Part shown: positions 37,201-45,608 of the stretch, piece after piece | How the letters are laid out: each line of letters begins with the position of its first letter | Numbering within the stretch: the first letter of the stretch is position 1 | IMG/VR virus record: IMGVR_UViG_3300042397_003635 | DNA: 64,000 nt | Origin: a virus | Taxonomy: Duplodnaviria; Caudoviricetes | Reading direction: 5' to 3' (one strand) | Made by a program: the position numbers and the translations under genes | The notes under the pieces: generated by a model | Database searches by the model: none | Told to the model about the DNA's origin: nothing | What the model saw: only the letters and a program-made list of their open reading frames with translations

Positions 37201-37464
37201 TTATTTTTCAATAATAATATATGTTCCTTCCATTACGCCAAAGCTTGCCTTCTCTGCGAATCTATACTCGCTCTTAACTGAATCAGCTGCAGCTCTAACC
37301 TTTGTGGTAATCCAAAGATTCTCGTCTTTCCATGTAGCCAGCACAAATTTCTGGTCTGCTGGAATCTCGATTGTACTTGTTCCGCCAAAGCTTTTAACTT
37401 TCATGTTTTCAGTACAGCTTGATAAAGCTAAAGCTGCGCAGAATAGGAATACTAATTTCTTCAT
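37201..37464 (-). CDS. Hypothetical lipoprotein
   Basis: Lipobox LSS-C; KSFGGTSTIEIPADQKFVLATWKD. Confidence 0.7.
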   Translation of the reverse strand: MKKLVFLFCAALALSSCTENMKVKSFGGTSTIEIPADQKFVLATWKDENLWITTKVRAAADSVKSEYRFAEKASFGVMEGTYIIIEK

Positions 37465-37487
37465 AGTTGTTTAGTGTTTAATTATTA

Positions 37488-37772
37488 TTACTTCATTTTA
37501 ATTAAGGGTACTATCGAGACCTGGATATGGTGGGCTTCTGGATTATACAGTGCTTGTTCTTCCGTCTCCCACTTGTCCTTATCCCATAAGAGAACTGGTT
37601 TGGTCGCAGCTTCTCGACATAGAGTTTTATATTCTATATTTAGGCACTTAGCATCTAGCTGGACTTTAGCAATGGCATGGACTCCTTTGAGTGTTGTAAC
37701 TACACTGCGCCCGCTTAGGATATCTGAATTCCAGAGTTCCACTAACCATAACCTGTCTTTCTTTGTCTTCAT
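37488..37772 (-). CDS. Hypothetical protein
   Basis: 94 aa ORF. Confidence 0.5.
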   Translation of the reverse strand: MKTKKDRLWLVELWNSDILSGRSVVTTLKGVHAIAKVQLDAKCLNIEYKTLCREAATKPVLLWDKDKWETEEQALYNPEAHHIQVSIVPLIKMK

Positions 37773-37783
37773 ATAATCTTATA

Positions 37784-37984
37784 TTACCCAATCCGGTTTG
37801 GGTTCTTACCTAACCATTTAAGCGCAACTCCAATTATAGGACCGCCAAAAACAAATAGTTTAAATGTTCGCGAGCTAGAATAAGTAGTATCGCATATTTG
37901 ATTGGGATCTGCAGTGAGGGCAGCAAAGAATACTAGCGCCCATACGAATAGGATAATTGATCCTAAGATATAAAGCTTTGACAT
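37784..37984 (-). CDS. Hypothetical membrane protein
   Basis: Two TM segments. Confidence 0.55.
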   Translation of the reverse strand: MSKLYILGSIILFVWALVFFAALTADPNQICDTTYSSSRTFKLFVFGGPIIGVALKWLGKNPNRIG

Positions 37985-37987
37985 AGT

Positions 37988-38188
37988 TTAGAATTTAGAA
38001 GGTTTAGGTTTATCAGGAGTACACGCTCCCCAAAAGGTTACGATCCCCATAAGGAATGCAATAAAGCAGCAACCCATCTCGTTTTCAGGTCCTGCGAAAT
38101 GGATAACTCTTTGAGGAATTCCCATAATAAGAAGAAACGCTAATCCAAAAGAAAGGATTGAAATAAGTGTTAATTGTAATCTAGACAT
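37988..38188 (-). CDS. Hypothetical membrane protein
   Basis: Two TM segments; follows early promoter. Confidence 0.55.
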   Translation of the reverse strand: MSRLQLTLISILSFGLAFLLIMGIPQRVIHFAGPENEMGCCFIAFLMGIVTFWGACTPDKPKPSKF

Positions 38189-38321
38189 AGTTAATTGGTT
38201 TTAAGATTAATTGATATGTAAATATAAACAATTAATTTGACAGTAAAAAATTTATTTTAATCTTTTTTACAAAAAAAACCTGCCTTACGGGGCAGGTTCA
38301 AGGCTTAAAGAGATTCTCTAC

Positions 38322-38564
38322 TTAGACAAGCTGAGAATTCTTGATACGACCGCGAGTCATATCGAAAGCTTTGTTTACAATTTTCGTGTTAGTGTATAGG
38401 CCACCAATAACTTCACTTGTGTAGTTAGGTGAGAATCCTGTACGTGCAGCTACTTTAACTACATCGCCTTGACGTAAGCGAGAGTTGATAACTGCTAACT
38501 TTGCCGTGTAAGGCAATTTGCGATAGGTCATTCCTATCTTGGTTTGGTTTGCTGTGTTTGACAT
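38322..38564 (-). CDS. Putative HTH DNA-binding protein
   Basis: RLRQGDVVKVAARTGFSPNYTSEVIGG; start moved to MSNTAN. Confidence 0.55.
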   Translation of the reverse strand: MSNTANQTKIGMTYRKLPYTAKLAVINSRLRQGDVVKVAARTGFSPNYTSEVIGGLYTNTKIVNKAFDMTRGRIKNSQLV

Positions 38565-38652
38565 AGTTGTTGGTTTGGTTTTAAATTTCGCAGCAACTGC
38601 TGCAAATACTTTTGATATAGACATAGATAATGTTAAGTTTAAGATATTATAC

Positions 38653-38880
38653 CTAATCCTTCCGCTTATTGGCACTAGCGATTGCAGCTTTAATTGCTCC
38701 TGTTCCCAAGACAGTTTTACCAATAATCATCCAGCCCATAGCCCCAACCCAAGTAATTTCGCGCAGACCTTGATCAGGACCAAGTCCGTTCCATATTAGT
38801 TTAAGAATAAAAGCTTCTATCATGAAGCTACAAATAGCGACGAAGAGTTTACCTAACGCTTCTGATGTTTTTGAATCCAT
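38653..38880 (-). CDS. Hypothetical membrane protein
   Basis: AFILKLIWN..EITWVGAMG. Confidence 0.55.
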   Translation of the reverse strand: MDSKTSEALGKLFVAICSFMIEAFILKLIWNGLGPDQGLREITWVGAMGWMIIGKTVLGTGAIKAAIASANKRKD

Positions 38881-38987
38881 TATATCCAGTTTAATAATTT
38901 AATTAATACTTTCGCGATGATTAAGAACGCGATAATCTTTAGGGCTAATATACCCAATTTTTCGATAGTGGAAAAGAAATCATTCAT
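38880..38987 (-). CDS. Membrane microprotein (35 aa; not in ORF track)
   Basis: Read manually: MNDFFSTIEKLGILALKIIAFLIIAKVLIKLLNWI; TAATG coupling to the next gene. Confidence 0.55.
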   Translation of the reverse strand: MNDFFSTIEKLGILALKIIAFLIIAKVLIKLLNWI

Positions 38988-39069
38988 ATAAATCTATTTG
39001 TAGTTAATTATTATAGAGTAAATATAAACAATTAATTTGACACCAAAAAATATTTTACCACTTATTTCT

Positions 39070-39252
39070 TTAATCCCAAACCTTAGTCGGAGAATCAGCA
39101 TCGGTAACCTGCCAGAAATTACCGAGATTATCTCGGACTGTTAGGAACTCTTGACCTACTATCTCTACTATTCCCCGTATTGGGTAATCTATCTCTTCGA
39201 AACTCTGTAACCATTGGATAGGATCCCCTACCCTGAATTCTTGTATCTGCAT
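39070..39252 (-). CDS. Hypothetical protein (SH3-like)
   Basis: FRVGDPIQW..RGIVEIVGQEFLTVRD. Confidence 0.5.
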   Translation of the reverse strand: MQIQEFRVGDPIQWLQSFEEIDYPIRGIVEIVGQEFLTVRDNLGNFWQVTDADSPTKVWD

Positions 39253-39255
39253 ATG

Positions 39256-39561
39256 TTATAATTTGTTTATACCTGTTTCGCGCTTAACTCTATAAAAGAG
39301 CTCGGCAGCCCATTCGTATTCTTCCCTTGCTATAGCTTCGTCTAGCGCAGCTTGACATCCATTATACAGGGCATGTAATAAGTATTCTAGATACTCAGCA
39401 CTCCAGTCTTCTTCTCCTGCAGTACGGCCTAGATCTTCAGCTATCTTGCCTAGACAGGATCTGATCTTGGTCTGGTCTCGACCTACTCCTTCTAGGCCGG
39501 TTAAGATACGTTGTTTAATTATCTGGGATAGGTACTCTGGCATTGCATTATCTTTAAACAT
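39256..39561 (-). CDS. Hypothetical protein with UVR-like motif
   Basis: LDEAIAREEYEWAAELF. Confidence 0.55.
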   Translation of the reverse strand: MFKDNAMPEYLSQIIKQRILTGLEGVGRDQTKIRSCLGKIAEDLGRTAGEEDWSAEYLEYLLHALYNGCQAALDEAIAREEYEWAAELFYRVKRETGINKL

Positions 39562-39578
39562 TATAGTTATTATACTAG

Positions 39579-40017
39579 CCTGGTAGGATAGGTTTAAGCT
39601 GCGCAGAGACCTGCCAGGCTAGCTACCAGGACCGGTCTGGAGGCAGCCCAGGAGTACTGTCCTGGCCTGTCCAGGGGTATACTATATACTGCTCCAGGAC
39701 TAGCCTGGGGACTGCTCCTGGCTGCCCTGGGGCTGTACCTGGCAGCTGCCCCCAGGTGACTCCAGGGGTACTCCAGGGGACTGCCTGGCTGCTCCCAGGT
39801 GACCCTGGGGGACTACCCAGGGGCTACCCCGGGGGCTATCCCTGGTATAGTTTTTTGTAGCCAGGGGGAAGCAAGCATTTTTACTTTTTTCTCTTTCCTC
39901 CCCGGCCTGGAAGCTGCGCTGGAACCTTTTTGACCAGACGGGCTTTTATCCCGAGCTTTTCCCAAGGTCATTTCTACTGGTGGAGATTTTCCCCTGGCCT
40001 GGGGCAGGTTATCCAGG
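39579..40017. repeat. GC-rich non-coding island with 24 CCWGG sites and several G4-G5 runs
   Basis: Manual count of CCAGG/CCTGG from 39579 to 40013; no ORF of 60 aa or more in the track. Confidence 0.9.
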
Positions 40018-40059
40018 TCTTTTGCTAAATAAATATCTTTATAATAATAAAGAAATACT

Positions 40060-40485
40060 ATGAATAAGATTAAATCGTTTAAGGAATACCTAGTAGAGTC
40101 TGCTGATATAGCTCAGCTTGCTCAAGACCTAGGTGGTACAGTGGAACCTGTAGAGGGCCAGACAGACTGGTCAGCAGTTAGAGGTTATCTAGATGTTAAC
40201 CGTGAAAAACTTAAAGAAACCCTTATCAAGATAACTGGTGATAGGATAACTGCAATGGTAGTTATTAAGGTTGCAGATATCTATGCTGAAGACAAGCGTG
40301 ATGGGGTAACTCCAAATCCAGACTGGTTAGGAGAAGCTCCAATCGTAGATGAAAACACGCCAGATCTACAAGAAATGGTTAAGGTGGTTATTGCGGCTAT
40401 TCAGCGTAATCTAGCTAAATCAGATCCAGCTACCCTTGCTAAGTTGAGTACTGCAGGTAAAGGGATTAAAACAAGCCGTTATTAA
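40060..40485 (+). CDS. Putative internal head protein
   Basis: MNKIKSFKEYLVES; AATAAATA at 40028. Confidence 0.6.
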   Translation: MNKIKSFKEYLVESADIAQLAQDLGGTVEPVEGQTDWSAVRGYLDVNREKLKETLIKITGDRITAMVVIKVADIYAEDKRDGVTPNPDWLGEAPIVDENTPDLQEMVKVVIAAIQRNLAKSDPATLAKLSTAGKGIKTSRY

Positions 40486-40488
40486 CCT

Positions 40489-41493
40489 GTGAAGTATATT
40501 AAACCCTATCAATTATTTGAATCTGCCGAATCTCTATATAGAGAGGTTGGCTGGAAGGAGTGGTGTCAGATTGCGGATCTGGGTAGATTCCTTGCTAAGC
40601 TAGATACGGGTAACGGAACCGGTGCTAGTTCTCTAGGTGTAGATTCGATGGAGATCGATGGAGACCTGGTCTACTGGAGTTGCAATGGAGTGGACCGTCA
40701 AGATCCTATTAAGGACTGGAGCCATGCTGAAGTTGGTTCTACTATAGATACCCGACCAGTTATTATACTAGATATTGAATTAGGGCCCCATAAGTTATCC
40801 GGAGTTCCAATAGCCCTAACCGATCGTTCTGACAAAAGTACACCTGTCCTGGTTAACAGGGACCTACTATCACAGCTAGGGGTTGTTGTAGCACCTGACC
40901 GCGAATTCCTATTAGGAGAATCCCAAGAAGAGGTTGACCAAGCTAAACGTCTCCTAGACCTAGGCCTAATGGAACCTCAAGATTATAAACAAAAATTACG
41001 GGAACTTGGCTGGGACAAGCGGTATCGTAGCGAATTTGTTGAATCACTTGAAAAGCTATTTGCGGATCTAGGATTAGAGTGGCGAAACTGGGCAACCGAT
41101 CGTCAAAAAGCAAACGGTACTGTACTCCTCAAATTTAGTCCAGCTGATGCAGTTGAATTACTCTTTACTGCCGATTTACCAAGCGGCTTGACCCCACGTC
41201 AGGAGGTTAGATTCAGGAATATTAAAGAAAGATTGGTAGGGGTTAGGCGCGAAATGGAAATGGATTCGACTGTAAGAGGCCGTTCTGCCTTTGAATACTG
41301 GATTTTTCCAGGCTCATTCCGCCCAAGCGGTCACTTTGGTGAACCTACCTCCAGTGAAACGGTAAAGTTTAGTGATGGAATGGATCCCCAAGCGGTTATG
41401 GCCAGATTCCTCTACCAAGTTGCTCTGGATGCAGACGCCAAGGCCTGGTACTGGAATCCTCAGCACCCCCACTATGCATGGGCAAGACGATAA
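40489..41493 (+). CDS. Retropepsin-like (RimK-associated, 'ATP-dependent Zn protease' family) domain fused to an unknown domain
   Basis: AKLDTGNG..RPVIILDIELG..LTDRSDKSTPVLVNRDLL; capsid-targeting-like start; KRLLDLGL. Confidence 0.7.
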   Translation: MKYIKPYQLFESAESLYREVGWKEWCQIADLGRFLAKLDTGNGTGASSLGVDSMEIDGDLVYWSCNGVDRQDPIKDWSHAEVGSTIDTRPVIILDIELGPHKLSGVPIALTDRSDKSTPVLVNRDLLSQLGVVVAPDREFLLGESQEEVDQAKRLLDLGLMEPQDYKQKLRELGWDKRYRSEFVESLEKLFADLGLEWRNWATDRQKANGTVLLKFSPADAVELLFTADLPSGLTPRQEVRFRNIKERLVGVRREMEMDSTVRGRSAFEYWIFPGSFRPSGHFGEPTSSETVKFSDGMDPQAVMARFLYQVALDADAKAWYWNPQHPHYAWARR

Positions 41494-41852
41494 GATTTTG
41501 GCCTCAACCCCCTGGCGCGGGGCGCAATCGGGCGAATCCGTGGAGACTCCTAAGAAATAAATATCCTAATCCGGGTCAAACTATCTATGTTGACCTAAAA
41601 TTTAAATACAAGAAAGATATTCCTGGAGAAAAACCAGCGGAACCTACCCCAACTAAAACTCCAATTGACCCAGTTGGTGATATCCAAGATTATAAACAAA
41701 TCAAATCTAATATGATTATGATTGGTTCTTATTATTGTAATGGCACAAATGGAGCAGGTGGAACCAATATTCACGATGACCTTATTACACCATGTGATGC
41801 GCTGCCTAATAAAAAAAGGGACTCAATTGGGTCCCTTCTTCTTTTAAATTAG
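41478..41852 (+). CDS. Hypothetical protein
   Basis: 124 aa ORF overlapping the upstream stop. Confidence 0.45.
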   Translation: MGKTIRFWPQPPGAGRNRANPWRLLRNKYPNPGQTIYVDLKFKYKKDIPGEKPAEPTPTKTPIDPVGDIQDYKQIKSNMIMIGSYYCNGTNGAGGTNIHDDLITPCDALPNKKRDSIGSLLLLN

Positions 41853-41863
41853 ATTGGTATCTA

Positions 41864-42529
41864 TTAGCCTTGGTGAACTGGTAACTTTGTATTGTCAACC
41901 GTCCAATTATCATCAGTAAACATTTTCTCAACATCAGCGATACTTTTCTCGCTGTGCGTTCTCCAAAAATCAACAATAGTTTTACCTTCAGTTGCCTCTT
42001 TATTAAAGGTAATTTCACCATGACCCCAAACGTCTCCTTTATCAAATCCTAACCATTTCATTAATTTAAATGCAGCTAGCACCTGTACTGGCAATACATC
42101 TGAATCATTTGACGCAATTACCTCAACCCCTTGAGCAGTATCATTTTCAAGATCAGATGGCGCGCCAGGCTTACGGTCTTTTTTTGCAGTACCTGCATGC
42201 CATGCAGTTAGGCCTTCTGGAAAAGTTCTAAATACCTTACCTTCGCGATCAATAACCCACTGTACGCCAAGATTACGATTATTTAGAATATCCACTACAT
42301 CTTCAGCTTTACCTCGACCTGCAGTATGGTGAACAACAAAATATTTTTCCTTGTTTTTCATTGGACGTAGAGAGGATTGGTGTGCAGTATCAGATAAATC
42401 TTCAATGTCACCCTCAAACTCTTTAAACTCTGTGTTATCTGAGCCAAATGAAGATTTAGCAGCAACTCCGGTAAATAGTTGCGCAACATCGCTCAACCAA
42501 CCTTCAAATAATTTTACGTGCTTAGCCAT
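41864..42529 (-). CDS. N-acetylmuramoyl-L-alanine amidase (Amidase_2) with capsid-targeting-like N-terminus
   Basis: FVVHHTAG, QWVIDREG, AWHAG, QGVEV, VWGHGEI; starts MAKHVKLFEGWLSD. Confidence 0.85.
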   Translation of the reverse strand: MAKHVKLFEGWLSDVAQLFTGVAAKSSFGSDNTEFKEFEGDIEDLSDTAHQSSLRPMKNKEKYFVVHHTAGRGKAEDVVDILNNRNLGVQWVIDREGKVFRTFPEGLTAWHAGTAKKDRKPGAPSDLENDTAQGVEVIASNDSDVLPVQVLAAFKLMKWLGFDKGDVWGHGEITFNKEATEGKTIVDFWRTHSEKSIADVEKMFTDDNWTVDNTKLPVHQG

Positions 42530-42564
42530 TTTTAATTTGCTATTTCTTATTATTTATCCAAAGA

Positions 42565-42870
42565 CTATTCAGTCTCGTGGTCGTAGAATCGGGAAAACTT
42601 AACAACTGCCTCTGGCTCAACTTGGTTAAGATAGTCCAGTGAAAGTTCCCACCTGCCAATCGTCGAGTTGGAAATGAACAGCTCTCCGTGTAGTGAATCA
42701 ATTAGGGCATGTTGTTTTTCAATTAGTTCACGCTGCTCAGCAACTTGAAATTGAATTGATGACTTGGTTTGGTGCTGAGTAAGGGCAATTACAGAAACTA
42801 AAACCAGCCCAATCGTCAAATAAATTTCTCGGGTTTTCATATATTTAGATTTTGTTGTAGTCTTATACAA
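42565..42870 (-). CDS. Hypothetical membrane-anchored protein
   Basis: N-terminal TM segment followed by coiled coil. Confidence 0.55.
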   Translation of the reverse strand: MYKTTTKSKYMKTREIYLTIGLVLVSVIALTQHQTKSSIQFQVAEQRELIEKQHALIDSLHGELFISNSTIGRWELSLDYLNQVEPEAVVKFSRFYDHETE

Positions 42871-42927
42871 GAAACCAACTAAATGGGTTTTAGTACAAAT
42901 AAATAACTACAAATAAACCAAATAGTA

Positions 42928-44643
42928 ATGGAAATTAAAAGGTACCAAGACTGGCTATTTGAACAAAAATCCATGCAAGCTGATTGTGGCTGTAATTCAC
43001 CACTAACTGAGCAGGACGATAAAGTTCAAATTGGCACTGAGCGGATTAAAGTTGGTGAAAAAACAACTACCTCTGAAAAAACATTTGAGTTAGACAATAA
43101 AACCTACCCAGCTGGCATCTATTCGCCAGATAAATTAGTGCAGGCAAATAAAACGGCTCTTGATGCAAAGCTACAGGAAATTGCAAATTTCTGTGCACAA
43201 AATAAAGCATCTGTCGTTGAAATTCAAATTGAAGTTGGAGAAAGTGCAGTAACCAACTATGACCGTGAAAAGTTTCCATCAAAAGGAGACGCTAAAGTTG
43301 ATTACACCGATGAAAAGAAACTTGCACCTGGTAAATTGGCAGAACTACGTGGTCAAAAGCTACAGGAATATTTAACTAAGTATTTTGCAGGCCTGGTTAC
43401 AAGCAAAGTCTTAACTAATGCTCCACAAATTCCACAATTTAAAACCAATGCTGGAAAGCAAAAACATACCTATACTAAAGGTAAAGATAATCCAAGCGAC
43501 CCTAAGTATCTTGAAGATCAATATATTAAATTTACAGTTAAGGTCTTAACTACCAAAACTGAAGATATTATTGAAGAGCGCCCAATTTATGATTGTCTAG
43601 TTAACTTAACAATTGACGTAAGTTACTTTAAAACCAAAGACTCAAACTTTCCGTGTCGAGGTAATCACACCTGCGATAAGGCAAAATTTGACCTCTATTT
43701 AAATTCAACTAAATTAGGTACAGCTAACCTAAATAATGCCGGTGATGGTGGAGACCGTACTGCACAATTTAAAGTTACCAATGAAATGGTAAAAGGTATT
43801 GTTAATGATCCAGCGTTTAAAGCAAAAGAAGGTAAGGCTAAAACCCTAGTTTTGTGGACACAGTGTTTAATGCAATCTGGTGATTGTCACACTTCAGTTC
43901 AAGAGGTTAAAATTGTAGATCCAAAGGGTGGTATAATTTATCACTCATGTGTAAATCCACAAGCTGAACGAGGTAATACTAAAAAGAGTATTTTATCTGT
44001 TCTAGATGTATGCGGAAAACCTGTACCAGGAGCCACTCAAGATAATCTTAGTATGGATGACTTTATTGCAGCCGCAGATCAAGCAGTAAAAGCTTCTCTT
44101 GAAGGAGATGCTAAAAAGTTAAATGATGCAATTCAAGCAAATGGTCTTGAAATTTTCCCAGAATCAGAAGGAGCTGGTACTAATGTTTACCTATTTAATA
44201 AAAGATTTAATCAGGTAAATAAGGTAACCTCAATTACAGATGATACTGCAAACGGTAAAGTTAAAATTGCATTTCAGGTAACAAACGTTGCAGATCAGCC
44301 CGTAACCTATGTTAAAAATCCAGTTGATCCAACTGCGACTAGAAAATGGAATACTACCTTTAAAAAGGGCGAAAGTTATCCACGAATCTTTAAATTAGTT
44401 CAGCCAAGTGCATTTACAAAAGCCGGAGGAATTTTAGGTAAAAGAAATATCCAAATGTCAGAACAGGAAATTAGAGCAGCCCTGGCATCAGATATTGAAG
44501 ATTTAGCAGTTCGTCCAATTAATGGAACAGTTCAAACTGCAACGTATTTCTATTCAGCAACTGATATTAGCAAATATGGAATAACTCCAGGTTCAGTAAT
44601 CAAGGTTTCTCCAGTTACTAATGCTGGTGAAAAGCTTAAGTAA
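42928..44643 (+). CDS. Putative internal head protein with divergent OmpA-like domain
   Basis: MEIKRYQDWLFEQ; IQIEVGESAV..KLAELRGQKL..DQYIKFTV; late promoter at 42898. Confidence 0.5.
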   Translation: MEIKRYQDWLFEQKSMQADCGCNSPLTEQDDKVQIGTERIKVGEKTTTSEKTFELDNKTYPAGIYSPDKLVQANKTALDAKLQEIANFCAQNKASVVEIQIEVGESAVTNYDREKFPSKGDAKVDYTDEKKLAPGKLAELRGQKLQEYLTKYFAGLVTSKVLTNAPQIPQFKTNAGKQKHTYTKGKDNPSDPKYLEDQYIKFTVKVLTTKTEDIIEERPIYDCLVNLTIDVSYFKTKDSNFPCRGNHTCDKAKFDLYLNSTKLGTANLNNAGDGGDRTAQFKVTNEMVKGIVNDPAFKAKEGKAKTLVLWTQCLMQSGDCHTSVQEVKIVDPKGGIIYHSCVNPQAERGNTKKSILSVLDVCGKPVPGATQDNLSMDDFIAAADQAVKASLEGDAKKLNDAIQANGLEIFPESEGAGTNVYLFNKRFNQVNKVTSITDDTANGKVKIAFQVTNVADQPVTYVKNPVDPTATRKWNTTFKKGESYPRIFKLVQPSAFTKAGGILGKRNIQMSEQEIRAALASDIEDLAVRPINGTVQTATYFYSATDISKYGITPGSVIKVSPVTNAGEKLK

Positions 44644-44645
44644 TT

Positions 44646-44966
44646 TTAATTAGATTTCTTAGAAGTCGGTTTCCGTTTGGGAGCCGGCTTTTTTTGTGGA
44701 GTAGGTTTTACATATTCAACCTTCATGTTTGGACCAGTAATTAATTTAAGGTCCTTTTCTGGAATAGAATCCACAAATTTCTTAGTGTATTTTGCAATAG
44801 CAATTGAATCAGCAACACGCTGTTCTTCCTCTGCAGCCTTCATTCTGGCTAGGGTTTCTTCACTCAATTGTGGAACAACTACTTTAGCAGTATCTTTTGG
44901 TTGAGTTTGTGCGCATGCAATACTTGAGATTGCGGTTAAGGCTAAGATTAAAATTTGCTTTTTCAT
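44646..44966 (-). CDS. Secreted hypothetical protein
   Basis: Signal peptide MKKQILILALTAISSIACA. Confidence 0.55.
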   Translation of the reverse strand: MKKQILILALTAISSIACAQTQPKDTAKVVVPQLSEETLARMKAAEEEQRVADSIAIAKYTKKFVDSIPEKDLKLITGPNMKVEYVKPTPQKKPAPKRKPTSKKSN

Positions 44967-45000
44967 ATTAAATCTACTTTGGTTAAATTTAATATACTAA

Positions 45001-45372
45001 CTATTCTGCACTTTTAGCACGTTCGTATTGCTTTAGGAATTGCCAAGTAGATTCATGGGAATAGCAGATAGGTTCACCATTTTCATCATGAGCTCCCCAT
45101 CTTTCACCTTCTACTTTAACCAATTTGCCGTCCACTTTTTTATAGCTTGGAGTTTGGCTAAAATCCTTTTGACCAAAGTCAGCTTCCCACATAAACCAGG
45201 TTAGCCAGTCAACACCCTCGGGAGTCCAGATTTCACCCAATAAGTTATGGATGATTTGACTATAAGGATCAGTAAAATCTATCAGGTCGACCCCTAATTT
45301 ATTGAGTTCTTCTAATTGTCTACTTGTTTTTTGTAAACCTAAGGTTAGCTTTAAGAAATTTTCGTATGTCAT
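45001..45372 (-). CDS. Hypothetical phage protein
   Basis: EGVDWLTWFMWEADFG. Confidence 0.6.
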   Translation of the reverse strand: MTYENFLKLTLGLQKTSRQLEELNKLGVDLIDFTDPYSQIIHNLLGEIWTPEGVDWLTWFMWEADFGQKDFSQTPSYKKVDGKLVKVEGERWGAHDENGEPICYSHESTWQFLKQYERAKSAE

Positions 45373-45608
45373 GCTTTATTATAGATTTTTTCTTCTAGAA
45401 ATTTTAAGAGTTGACGCTTTTCACCAAACGATAAGCCATCAGCCATTGCCAAATCCAATTCATCCTCAGTTGAAATATCACACAATAGATCCAGTTCTTC
45501 TTCACTGATTCTACAAGTCTCCTTAATCATGGAATCAAATAGTCCAAAGATTCCGCCGTTTCGGTCTTCTCCTAAGTAGACCCCTTTTCTTGATAGTCTA
45601 GTATTCAT
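45369..45608 (-). CDS. Hypothetical protein
   Basis: 79 aa, coupled. Confidence 0.55.
   Translation of the reverse strand: MNTRLSRKGVYLGEDRNGGIFGLFDSMIKETCRISEEELDLLCDISTEDELDLAMADGLSFGEKRQLLKFLEEKIYNKA

Larger units (their letters stand above)
28019..39027 (-). promoter_or_regulatory. Array of 18 early-promoter copies (minus-strand TTTTTTA(C/G)T-N~13-TTATATT(TA/AG)C)
   Basis: Plus-strand G(T/C)(A/T)AATATAA at 28019, 29466, 29649, 29821, 30376, 30699, 30938, 32118, 32728, 34627, 35126, 35339, 35620, 35911, 36955, 37157, 38218, 39018, each just upstream of a minus-strand ORF. Confidence 0.85.

Noticed and set aside
28019-39027. Recurrent motif with unique intervening sequence as a CRISPR array
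   Set aside because: Spacing is hundreds of bp, the intervals are ORFs and the repeats are degenerate promoters
29466-39050. Plus-strand TTGACA in the early repeats as sigma-70 -35 boxes
   Set aside because: TTGACA lies downstream of the TATAAT-like element on the plus strand and all adjacent genes are on the minus strand, so the geometry fits only minus-strand promoters
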